Origin: Lingula anatina
Taxonomy: Eukaryota; Animalia; Brachiopoda
DNA: 64,000 nt
Direction of reading: 5' to 3'
Assembly (NCBI GenBank): GCA_051362555.1
Contig: CM120647.1
Location: 13,244,651 to 13,308,650, forward strand
Shown: positions 39,801-51,584 of the stretch, piece after piece
Numbering within the stretch: the stretch's first letter is position 1
How the letters are laid out: the number at the start of each line of letters is the position of its first letter
Position numbers and translations under genes: made by a program
Notes under the pieces: model-generated
Databases searched by the model: none
The model's input: the letters and a program-made list of their open reading frames with translations, nothing else
What the model was told of the DNA's origin: nothing

Positions 39801-40090
39801 CCAATTACTTCGTCCCGCAAGTCAATGAACTGGATGGCGCATCTCCTGAGGGATTAGACGAAGTGTCTGACATCATAGACGATATTCTTAAAGACCCCGA
39901 TACTTACTTCATAGAAAATCTATTCCGTAATGTTAGCGAAGCTGAGCACTCATCAGGGTTCAAGTACACTATGTTTTATGAGTCTAGCCACGCAAGCGGT
40001 GCTACATCAATTTATCATATATCTCTTCTACCTGTGCTGGGGTATATATCTGTCTCTATCTCTTGTTTTGTGAAACGCGTCTGGGTTTAA
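35737..40090 (+). CDS. Secreted or surface-anchored Mab-21/cGAS-like (cGLR) nucleotidyltransferase, about 517 aa
   Basis: Exon 1 35737-35825 (MARRCLLGCLAILLYCGIAMCLPPIQQLR, phase 2, gtgagt donor) joins exon 2 38626-40090 (tttttttcag acceptor) in frame. NTase motif AGS(x20)DFDF at 38771-38851 and third Asp in MDVVLV (39371). Mab-21 signatures WRLVFVQAENILI, FLKALRRKY, ITGFHLKLLSFW, FLPNYFVPQVN. Hydrophobic C-terminal tail. Confidence 0.85.
36600..36793. mobile_element. Harbinger/Tourist-like MITE, family B, in the Mab-21 gene intron
   Basis: taa|ggtcgcattc...gaatgcagc|tta ends; internal inverted repeat ctaacagctccgcggatcaaa / tttgatccgtggagctgctag; homologous to 40573-40757. Confidence 0.7.
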
Positions 40091-40572
40091 TATTAGCTAC
40101 CAGTAAGAGCCAACGCTGAGACGCGGATTAGAAAATTGCGAGGCATCAGCAATATAGTGCACTGTAACTGATTTTCACCTGAACTCTGCTAGTTGTATCT
40201 CAAGAAACTTTTTCTGCATTTTTGGTTGAAAATATAAGAAAGTACATCAGCTTTTGACGTTTTTTTTTTTCACATTTTCTCTTCTTTCAATGTTTGCGCA
40301 CTGTGGCATTTGCTAGAAGCGTAATGAAAAACAAGGGTTCATTTTCCTGTAACCTTTGCAAAATAAGGTTAGCTAAAGACATTATTTTTAACCTCAAGGA
40401 ACCTTTCTAGCACCTTTAAAGCGTTGGGTGGAACTTTGTTTTTTTTATTACTACTGGTATATTTATCAGGAGATTTTTTCTTTCGTTTAACATCAAGGTG
40501 TACAAATAATGTACTGCACCTGCCTAAGAACAGCTACTAATATAATTACTATATGCTTTGCTGAGTGACTTT

Positions 40573-40757
40573 GAGCCCATACAGAACAGCGGTCTAACAG
40601 ATCCGAGGATCAAATATGGCGACCCACTGAAAAGCTTGTCGCTTAATGCCCGACTAGACACTGAATATATTCCCCGAGGAGATTACGCTACAAGCATTTA
40701 AGTGGGTCGGCCATATTTGATCCACTGATCTGTTAGTGTGCTTTTCCGAATGCGCTC
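40573..40757. mobile_element. MITE family B, second copy
   Basis: ctaacagatccgaggatcaaatatggcgacccact...agtgggtcggccatatttgatccactgatctgttag inverted repeat; shares agacactgaata.attccccg with the 36600 copy. Confidence 0.7.
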
Positions 40758-42785
40758 TATTACCTGTTATTTTCGTGCTCAGTCAAAACTCTACGTGCAT
40801 TTCTAAAAAAAAACCTTAGACTATCTTCAACATAATAGGCCTGTATAGAGATACATATACGTTGTGTGTATTTTTATAAATTTTATGATTCATGAATATG
40901 ACTATATACCACAGTCCAGAGACGGGTTAAGCACGAGGACGGTTGGATCTTCTAGGACAGGAACTTGATTTTAAACCAACTACATTTGACTTTGAATATT
41001 TTTTTACTGCTGTGAAACACCAACTGGGCGCCTTTGTGCCAGGCGCATTTTTTAGACTAGGAAGCACTGAAAACATCCGTGTTTTTAGGCTATTTGTTGA
41101 GGTTCCGTTTGCCAAAATATGTTTGCATTGTATCAATTTTGTAGTGCCAATTTTTAAGCATTGTGGGTTAGCTGTTTAGTACCCGGATGATCTCATATGA
41201 CGCCAATATGACGTATTTTAATTCTGATTGGCCGATTACAATTATTCTACTAATAAACAGACCTACATGTATGACTTAAACTTGGCTCCCGTTTTTTCTA
41301 TTCTTGCTATTGTTTCACGTACTTATGATGAGCATAACAATTTCTATAAAAAGTAGATTAAATTTTAAAAAAATATTAGCTATGAAAGCTGAAAAATTGT
41401 AAATGTGATGCATATTGTGCAATGCATTTGTGAGAAAAATGACGCGTCATTGTGACGTAGCAGAACTCGAAGGCATCCGTCACCTCGTAGAACGTAATCT
41501 TACGTTAGCTACCTGTAACGTCAAAAGTAACAAAAAAACGATCATGGCAACGTAAATACACAAGGCCAGCATACGTTGCCGCATCATAAAAAGAACGGTG
41601 AGTAAGAGTCATTTTGAGTCTTTTAACAATGATTTTATTGTCATAAACTGCTAACTCAAATGCTGAATTTTCATGTAATTTAGATTGTGTCAAAGCTGTG
41701 TCAAAATTCTGGATAGGCGGTTTCAATGCAGGAATATATACAGTAGCTTGACTACTGTTTGGTGAAAACAAGCATTCTAATCGAATAAAAACATCTACTT
41801 TGGCTGTGCCAAAATTATCGCTTATGATAGAAACTGACTCGATAAAAAAGTCATCATTGATTGATGTAGGCAACAAATTTATAAGGTTATTGCCTTGAAT
41901 ACGTTCAGATAAAAACACGCCTTTCAAATAGCGGTCGAATATTACGATGCCGTATACTGGGACAAACTCGAAAAAAAAGTTCTTTGATTGAAGAGAAGCA
42001 ATTTGAAAACTGAAGTAGGAATGTAGGATGCGCCACGCAGTATGTTGATTGATGAAGCAACCAGTTAATTGCCTCGTGCACATGCTAGTAGAATATCTAC
42101 GTACAGTTATAGGCCGATATCGATCAGAACAAATGGGAATCATTCGCGGTAGCTAGCCTAAAACGAGGCAGAAATGATCCGTGAGATGCATTATGTTAGT
42201 TTTTATTGGTACTCTGTACACCACTCGCTAAAAGACAATTGCCTATTTCTGACCTTTCTGTCCTCAAATTTCCGAGAAATCTCGGCTGATTTTACCGTAA
42301 GTCATCATCAGCCGTCTTCTCAGCAAATAATATGCGTTCAGCCTGCCTAACATACTAGTACACCCGATACACGATCGAAAGACAGTACATGCATGTACCG
42401 GTACTTTTCTGAATGAACATGATCACGTGGCTGTGCCAAAATTATCGCTCATGATAGAAACTGACTCGATTAAAAAGTCAGTTTAGACTGAGTTTAGACA
42501 TAGACTCAGTTTAGTATTAGATCATTTAATTGTAAACTTTATCTTTAGAGTAACCTTAGCCATTCATTCCTTTGTTGTTACATGTACTACATGTATACTG
42601 AGATGTTTACTACAGCTAGCTTATCATTCATTCAACAAATGAAAAAAAAATTTTTTTTTCATTAATTTAAAAAATGATACGATCGATGGTTTCCTGCAGG
42701 ATGGCTTACTGTAAACAAGTTGTTTCATTTTCATTCCCATACCATTTCACCATTCTTTGTCTCTTTAAAAAGGCAGGTTCCACAT

Positions 42786-43571
42786 ATGATGAGCGATTTC
42801 CTACGGTTATTCACAACGGACTGTTGCATGGGCTCCTCGAAAGACCTCACTGTTAGTTCCAACGTCTTCCGGCAGGTGGCAGGGCTGCGGGACCAGCTAC
42901 ACATCATGCGGTACCTCTTGATATGCAGCATCATAGCAACGGTCCTCTTTCTCATCATCGCTGCTCTTCTCGCGCGCAGACGCTCGCCCGTGCTGCAGCC
43001 CCCGAGGCCAGGTTGTCATGACAACCACCGTGCTAAAGGGACGGGGAAGACGTTTGAGGGAGAGAAGGGCCGCGGTCAAATTCACTGGGACGGCGGCGAG
43101 AGTCAAGCGTCTCTGATCATCCCTGTACCCGGCAAGCCGTGCGTGGAGTGGGACGGTGGAGCCAGCCAGACCGCTCTCTACGCGCAACAAAGTATCCGGG
43201 ACTTTAAACTCTCTAAGTGGAAAAAACCTTGTACAAGAAATCTGGTAGGAACTTTTTGTTTTAGTTATATGTTGATTTTCTTTTCGTTCTGTTTGTCATT
43301 CGTTTTTTCTTTTTCTTTTTTTATTTTTCACTCTTTTATTATATATTTTTACATTTACTTTTTTACGCCTTTTAATTGACTGGTCTTAGACTTTGAGTTT
43401 ACTGGTAATAAGTTGTATAATTTCTCATCTAAAGAAAACAAAGAAGTTAAAGAAGACATAATTGTGTTAGACCAAGAAGTGCATGGTTTACAGTGATGAT
43501 TGCCAAAAGTGCGTATTTTAAATACTTAAAATACTTTCTTTTTAGATTCCGCGGCTAAGGGAGGAAATTAA
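42786..43571 (+). CDS. Putative small single-pass membrane protein of unknown family; 5' structure uncertain
   Basis: GC-richer open frame 42786-43191 with one TM helix (YLLICSIIATVLFLIIAALLA) followed by RRR and two WDGGxSQ repeats. Possible phase-1 splice to 43546-43571 (NSAAKGGN*). AATAAA at about 43989. Confidence 0.5.
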
Positions 43572-44349
43572 GACGTTGTGGACATCACCGGGCGCCAAAG
43601 CTGGTTTGAACTCTCTAAGATTTACCCCACCAGTCACATACCAGGACTAGCTAGGCACAGCATTAAGACATATAGCCATGCCTCAGTAATTGAGAGACGT
43701 AACTCATCCATCTTAAGTCCCCCTCGTCAACCGATTAAAACATTCCTAAATGATTAGGCCTGTTTCAAAATTTCCGATATTATCAAAAGACGTAAATTCT
43801 GTAGGCCTAATTTGTGTTCGTCGAAAAAAAGGTTAAGAACAATCCCATTTTAACACACTATCATGGTACTCATTTCTTTTATTTTTCATTTGTTATCCAC
43901 TCAGATGCTCACATTATCTCTATAATCCTTTTTTAGGAATATATACAAGTCTATAAACTGCTGCAATATTCAATTTACATGTAAAAGAAATAAATTACAC
44001 TATACACCTTATTTGGTATGTTTGTTCACCGTCTCATTTTCCTGAGTTGTCATACTTACGTGCAATCTGCGGACACTCCCTCAGTTTACGCTCTTCCTCT
44101 CCCAAAACAAAACACAATCCATGAATGCGACAGGTGAGCAAAGACTGTCAAACATCTGATTAGTTCCAAAAACTACTCTTGACTATTGCGTTTATAATTA
44201 TTGTTATTTTACCGAAAATTTTATAAATCAATGAATATTTCTAAGTAAATATTCCAGGTTTTATAAATTGATTAATTAATATTATTTTCAACTGTATCAG
44301 TTTTGCAAATTACAATAAAACACTTAAAACATCATCCTGAGGAACCACA

Positions 44350-44380
44350 CCGGAAGTAGTCTTTGAAAAAGAGGCGGGAG
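44350..44380 (+). promoter_or_regulatory. CENP-O proximal promoter: ETS (CCGGAAGT), CHR-like TTTGAA and E2F-like GGCGGGA
   Basis: Motifs clustered 105-135 bp upstream of the ATG of a cell-cycle (kinetochore) gene. Confidence 0.45.
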
Positions 44381-44485
44381 TAAATATCCAGTGTCAGTGG
44401 TTGTCTATACATGTACAAGTAGTATACTGTATATCCTTTTCACAGCAAGTTATCTATCTGATTTGAAAACGGAGATTTAAGAAAC

Positions 44486-44854
44486 ATGATGTTTGGTAAG
44501 TGAATGGCTTTAGCTGGGATTATGTAATGTTGCGAACCGAACGAACTTGGATTACTTATCGAACGTAATTGCTAACCAGGTCCAGGCTGACGATTTATTC
44601 TGTTATTCCACTTGTATATTCTAAATATATGTCCCATTTTGAACAAGTCGTATGATATCCCTTTCTTAGTCTCTAGAAATATCCTTTCATTGTAATTCCC
44701 CGTGTGGGCACATGCTTGTACATTTATGTTTGTTCCAGGAATTATATTAATGATAATAAATGGTGGAGGACAGCGGTGTAGTTGATACATAAATCAAACA
44801 TATTCATGTTTCACATGTGGGTTATGTCTGTGTGTGTGTGCATGCTTGAGTGCT

Positions 44855-44907
<53 letters not shown>

Positions 44908-45415
44908 TGATACTGCAAAAGCGCCCAAAAATCTCACTTTTTATCGTCTTGTTTTGCGCTTTGCCAATTAAAATTTTCTGGCCTGCCCATACTTACTACT
45001 GGTAGTAATTATTATAATGATAATTTATTTCTCAGAATAACTTATTGATAAGAACTAATAAAACTAAGTTGATTGATATTTCCCTTTCACCAGACACGTT
45101 AGAAATGCTGCAGGATCTGGAGACAAAGTCAAAGAAAGAATGCAGCTTGAAGGAGGAGGAGAAAAAACAAGATGATGAACTGAAGCAGCTGAAGATGAAA
45201 GTGACCAGGTTGCAGCAAAAGAAGAAGTGGTTGCAGCAACAACTCAGTAAAGAGGTGTTTATACTTTAGTCCTCTAGCTGTTTTAATCTGAAAATGATAA
45301 GGGTACATGTATTAGCATTCGGGTGTATAATAGTGAAAAATAAGGTGAATACATGAAATGAAAAAGGCATGGTAACACAGTATTACACTGTCATCTGACA
45401 ACTTAGTAAATTACT

Positions 45416-45501
<86 letters not shown>

Positions 45502-47354
45502 TTTAGTCTCCTCTACAACAAGTAGACATAAACAACATTGACAGTCTGGACAGAGAGGAGAAGTCAGAGCTACTGGATGCTGCTTATGCTGCTCAACAGA
45601 AAAAGTTGGAAGAGATGGTCGTACTCCACAGGCTAACAGGCATGACAGTTATAAATAACCCAACTTAATCTAAATATTATAATTTATTTGTTAAATTTAT
45701 TTAGAGAGAACCAGTTTTACCATTCTTGGCTCTTCGGTGACCCATAATGTACCAGACATTGCTTCTTGGACATGAGAGATCATGAGGACTCTTTCATTCA
45801 TTCATTCATTTATTCTTTGTGTGTTTGCTCTCTCTCTCTTTTCTTTCTTTCTTTCTTTCTTTCTTTCATTCTTTCTTTCTTTCTTTCTTTCTTTCAATGA
45901 TTCACCAGGCAATTAACTAGTGTTTCTTTTATTCACAATTTCAGGTATTTCTATCGACCATATCAAACCAGAGGCGATACGTATCTGCTGGGATACCTCA
46001 TATGGAGGGGAATTCTTCGAGGCTTTCTATGCCGAGGTGACCCGCTCCAGAGACAAGCTGACGGTCCAGCACCACTCCTTGCCATACTTTCTTCCCATCA
46101 ACTCTCTGATCACCAGACACCTGAATACAGATATCACTGTGTTTGCAGAGATGGTGTCCAAGTATCTGAATGTGTTTGTGGAGAAGAGACAGGAAGCTGT
46201 CAATGCTGAGGTGAGAATGGAAAGTGTTGAGGGGTTTTTCCTAGTACAAATACTGTGGTTGAGTAAATGTTATAGTTTTTTTTTCTTCAATTACATGGCT
46301 TTTTTTAAATCTATTGAAGTCACAAATCCTTTGATAAAGCTGGAAGTTCTAGGTAAAAGAGAAAAAAATTCAACTGACTGTTATTGGCTCTTCACTAATG
46401 TTTTGCTCACTCTTGTTTGAGAACTTTTACAACTTTTTGAACAACAGTCAAATTAACATAACTTTTTAACTTAAAATGTACCCATACTGAAGGCACACAT
46501 GCATGCACGCACACCCACACACCTGCACTCGACCAAAAAAGTTTGCAAGCATCATTATAATTTTGAATAATTATGAAAAGACCATAATAGCTAAAGTAAA
46601 TATTTTAACCAAATATTGACAGATAATGCACCCACCATTCTTTACTTCTTTATGTACACAGACAATTTCCATAACCAGTATATAGTTTTTAACTTTTTGG
46701 TCGAGTGTATATACTAAACGTATTCGGTGATGACTAAGCTGCTAAATGCTCACTCGACAATTCCAGAAGGAGTTTGGGCTGTACATGTCCAAGCCTATCG
46801 CTGCCAGCCCGTCCTGTGACGTGATCGAGTTCAGCCTGAAGCCCACCATGGTCCCAGGAAAACTCCACACGCAGCTGTTCTATAGCGATCTTCTCCAGCC
46901 TCTGCCCACTGAGGTAGAGGTGGAGTGGAGAGGTGGGGCACTAGTGCATTAATCAATTAATTAATTAACTAGTTATTTACATACTTAATTTATTAATAAA
47001 TTATTTGTGATTATCTATCTTTATAGTTAGTCATCAATATGTTAACAAATATACTTAGTAATTCTTTGGTGAGGAGAGTTGGGATTCTAATTAATTGATT
47101 AATAAATTTATTGATCAATTAGATAATTTTTGTGTTTTTCTATGTTCGTAGTTAGTCATCAATTTGTTCATATATATTCATTTCAAAGGGTCTACTCCCT
47201 AGCTCTAGAGAACAGTATTGACTGTAAAAGACATTTTCCTCTGTTTTCAGGTAAGGAAGGTGTGCTATCCAGAGAAGACATCTTCAGAGTCAAACAGATA
47301 TTTCTGTCAAAGTCATTATGCAGTGCTTTGGAAGAGTTGGTCACTAAAGTTTGA
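44486..47354 (+). CDS. CENPO: Centromere protein O, 279 aa
   Basis: Exons 44486-44495, 45094-45254, 45507-45639 (GC donor), 45945-46210, 46767-46932, 47251-47354 in frame. N-terminal coiled coil, then HRLTGIS...ICWDTSYGGEFFEAFY...VQHHSLPYFLPI...YLNVFVEKRQ, matching the CENP-O/Mcm21 RWD region. Confidence 0.87.
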
Positions 47355-48352
47355 TGGAGAAAAAAAAACTAAAACTGAAACTTTAAAGAGCTCATGTGCT
47401 GGTCACAGGAGCTTTTCAAACAGTTATTGGAAAGTGACCTTCATTGGGAGATCAAAGCAATAATGGGAAAACATGATTGTGACCTTCACTTAATGAAAAA
47501 GACAACAAAGGGAGAGTTCCTTTTTTACCTACTTGTATCTTCACAAGCAGAGACCCCACAATAAAGAAGGTGACTGTTGTATTTGATTGCTTACTTTTGC
47601 TATTTAACAGTGGAAGAAATAATTGCACTGCATTGTGAGCTTTTCATCTCAAATGTTTGAAAGATATATCATTGGGAAAAGCAATAATGCTTTGTACAGG
47701 ATGTAATTTTTTGATTAAAAGAAAAAAAAACATCCATTGCTGCCTCACTTCCTCCTGATTTTTTGAGATGGTTCAATACACGTTTGATATAATTGTTTAG
47801 GAATTGAAAACGGGAACAAAAAAAGTGAAAAACAGTATACATCTGGTGTTATTTCTAAAAGTTTTTGTTTTTGGATATTTGGAGACAAGGTTAGAAGAAT
47901 TAAAGAAGCAAAAAAATTAAATATATAAATAAATAAATAATAATAATAAATAAACAAATAAAAATAAATAAATAAAAATGATAAAAATAAATAAAATAAT
48001 AATAATAATGCAATTCTGGTCTCATTGCATTTACATGTAACTGAAAAAATATATGTTGAACATTTATTATATATGAAGATGACAATTAATTTGAAAAACA
48101 AAGCAAATAAATAGATAAAAAAAAAGTTGGTACAAAAGCACATCACTCACAGTTGAACATTTTCCATCGGGTTGCATCATATCAAGAACGAATAAACTCT
48201 TGATCCAATAAATAAACAAAAATTTTCTAATGGATTGTTAAAATTTTCAAAAGGCTGCAAATGATATTGGATTAGCTCCTCTTGGATATCAAAATATTAA
48301 AGTTGAAGGTCGTGACCTGCAGGTGCGTGCGCATACGGTCGTTACAAACAAA

Positions 48353-51300
48353 ATGGCGGATGAATCAAACAGGTGAGCATCGAGCATTAGAGCTTTTCAA
48401 TGGTTTTAGAGATTAAAAAGGCCCAATTTTACGCTAAAGCATAAAATGCAAAACATGATATTTGTACTTATACTCAAAAGTTAATGAAATTTCATTTGAA
48501 AGGAAATACAGCAACTTTAAACACTTCTTTTAAGCTCGCATTCCTTTTCCGAGTTAAAGGAACGACGTTATCGGAACTTGTCAAATTTGAAGTGAAAAGA
48601 AGTATATTTTCATTGCACTGCATTGCTATTTTAATAGCTGTTCATTAGTCAGTAGGAATGGAATTTTTATAATTAATATTAGAATGTTAAAAAGGGCCTA
48701 GGTATCTGTAGCTTGCAGCCTTCTCTCTGGACTTGAAGTTGAATGTGTTATGGTATTCAATGTTCACTCTTGTATTGATCTTCATTTCTATCGATCCGAA
48801 AAGGGCAACAAAGGATACACGGGGAATTGTTTAATATATCACCTGGTTTTGGTTAATAGTAAAGGTAACGCCGGGTCACGTTAAGGGCCACGGAAAATGT
48901 ATATAAATGACATGTTTTAGTCTATTTTGAAGAAGCTTTAAACAAACACTGCACACCCTGCCGATTTTTAGGGTTAGAATAATAGAATAATTTGCACTGC
49001 TTTTTTTAAATTAATGAGATAAAAATGAAAATACAGATGAACACTACATTAAATTCTAAATGTAATAAGTGATTTGATTTTTTTTCATTATTTTGACATT
49101 ATGAATTGTGAAATGATTCAAGCTATATAAAGGAGGCCAGTGTAAGTTTTTCCTATGAAAAGGACATATCTAGTGAATTTTTTTGATTAAAGTTCACTTG
49201 TTTCTTAATAAACAACCTGTGATCCCCCATTCTTTATTACCCCAATGTAGTTCTGTACTAGTACATAAGAATCTGGGAAAATTAAAAAGGTCTTTTACCC
49301 ATGCATAGTCCTGCATTTTTCAAAATGCCATCCCTCCCAATATTGACTTCTAGGCCGCATGCTATTTAGAACTGTGTCAAGAAGGTTGACATGTGGCAAG
49401 GTTCCTCAGGAAGTGATAAATCAGATTATTTTTGGATGACATTAATTTTAGACATACATCTTTTAGAAAATGATGGAAAATTTTAATTGTCCACAGGTAT
49501 GTTCAACAAGGGTTTATGTTAGTACTAGACACATGCTTTAAAATCTTACCCTTTGTCACTTTAATTTATCTTTAATCAGTCATGATTTTTAAATAGAATT
49601 TTTCAAACATTTATGTATTTTATTTCCCAGGATGCCAGAGCAGTGCAGGACCCCTGAAGGACTTGGCAGTGGTGTGCCTGCTGTCAAACTGAACTCCAGT
49701 CTTCCTTCTCACAGGGTCAGATCCCCACTGGACTCTCCCTTCAGCAGGAGCTTCATGTCTCCCTCAGTAAGTATACTGTTCACTACTGGACTCTCCCTTC
49801 AGCAGGAGCTTCATGTCTCCCTCAGTAAGTATACTGTTCACTACTGGACTCTCCCTTCAGCAGGAGCTTCATGTCTCCCTCAGTAAGTATACTGTTCACT
49901 ACTGGACTCTCCCTTCAGCAGGAGCTTCATGTCTCCCTCAGTAAGTATACTGTTCACTACTGGACTCCCCCTTCAGCAGGAGCTTCATGTCTCCCTCAGT
50001 AAGTATACTGTTCACTACTGGACTCCAGCACACGAACGAAACGCAGTGCCTCGATATGAAACCAGACAACTTTTGTGTTTTTAATCTCCAAATACGAAAA
50101 AAAATCAATTAAGCTAATAAATAGGCTAACGTTAAGAACGTATTATATCGTTTGTTTTATATTAATTATTATTTAAGATCATAATAATAAACAAGTAGCA
50201 TTTCGATGTACTCCATGCTATAACCTTTATATAAAAATAGCAATTTTTACGAGATTACAAATTGTATCGCATTGTTTGGTTCCATTGCCTCGCTTTCAAA
50301 AATTAGAACAGGCGCTCCAAAATCGTAAAACGAAGTTAAAAATTTTATATTGGCCGAGTTCCCCCACTGTTAAGAATATCCTCGCAGCATTATCTGCAGT
50401 TAACCTTCCTACGATTTTCAATGTATTTTGCAATGTAATTTACAATCCTCCAGGTGAAGAATTTTATTAATCAAGAGTAGGGGAGGTGTGAAAATCCCCA
50501 TTGGGGCCACATATAACACTATAAATACAATGGGAATCCCCTTAAAATGAAGGTAAAATAAATGTTTTTCTAAGGAATTCCGACGGATTTACTTTTTACA
50601 ACATAAAATCAATAGAACATTTCTAATTTAAATTTTCAAAAAGACACCAGAGAGCTAATGAAATAAAATCAACCAGACGATCTTTGTCAATTTCACCAAC
50701 TTGTTTATTTCAAACAGCGCACTTTTCGCACATGCGCAGTTGTTTGAAGCCTGTGCTCTGGACTCCCCCTTCAGCAGGAGCTTCATGTCTCCCTCAGTAA
50801 GTATACTGTTCACTACTGGACTCTCCCTTCAGCAGGAGCTTCATGTCTCCCTCAGTAAGTATACTGTTCACTACTGGACTCCCCCTTCAGCAGGAGCTTC
50901 ATGTCTCCCTCAGTAAGTATACTGTTCACTACTGGACTCCCCCTTCAGCAGGAGCTTCATGTCTCCCTCAGTAAGTATTACTGTTCACTACTGGACTCCC
51001 CCTTCAGCAGGAGCTTCATGTCTCCCTCGTTAAGTATTACTGTTTACCTTGAAAAGAAGGAAAGAAAAAAAAATAATTGAGATTCAGAATGGTCGGAACA
51101 TTGGAAAAAAAAGTGCTAGGTACAGCATCACATATGAGAGCCTAGTTGCTGCCCCCCAATTACATACGTAAGTAAATAAAATAAATAAATAAATAAAAAT
51201 GAAAGAAAAGAAAAGTAAATGGTTAGTAGATAAAATGCAGTAATAAAAGAAATATTTTAGAAGAAAACAATGATAATAACAATAGATTTATATTAGTGAA

Positions 51301-51548
51301 ATGAAATCACATAGTAAATGGTTGCTAATTGACAATAATCAGATCATCATAAGCTGCCTTGGCAGTTATTACAATGTACCTTTATTTATGTTGCTTCAGT
51401 CTCCATAGCAACTGGTAAACACAGTTGATTGCTTCGTTTGTAGCTTTGTAACTGGTGCAGTATGACATGTTTCAAAGTGGTTTTAAGATTTATATGTTGC
51501 GTGTTGGTTGGGTATCTGATATTGGTGTCTTCTACTTTCTCACCTCCC

Positions 51549-51584
<36 letters not shown>

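Noticed and set aside
38744-40090. Bacterial CBASS CD-NTase, contamination or recent HGT
   Set aside because: The gene has a spliceosomal intron, a eukaryotic signal peptide and metazoan Mab-21 C-lobe motifs, sits among host repeats, and has no operonic effector.
41505-42143. 212-aa minus-strand ORF
   Set aside because: No recognisable motifs. A 50-bp piece (about 41800-41852) is repeated at about 42429-42480, and the region looks like the interior of a non-autonomous repeat whose ends I could not define.
47245-47258. Recursive-splice-like cag|GTAAGG at the start of the last CENP-O exon
   Set aside because: The intron is short and the sequence simply encodes G-K-E; no downstream acceptor or exon supports re-splicing.
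49728-51045. CRISPR-like regular repeat array
   Set aside because: The units are contiguous and identical with no unique spacers, they derive from a PASK exon/intron junction, and the context is eukaryotic with no cas genes.
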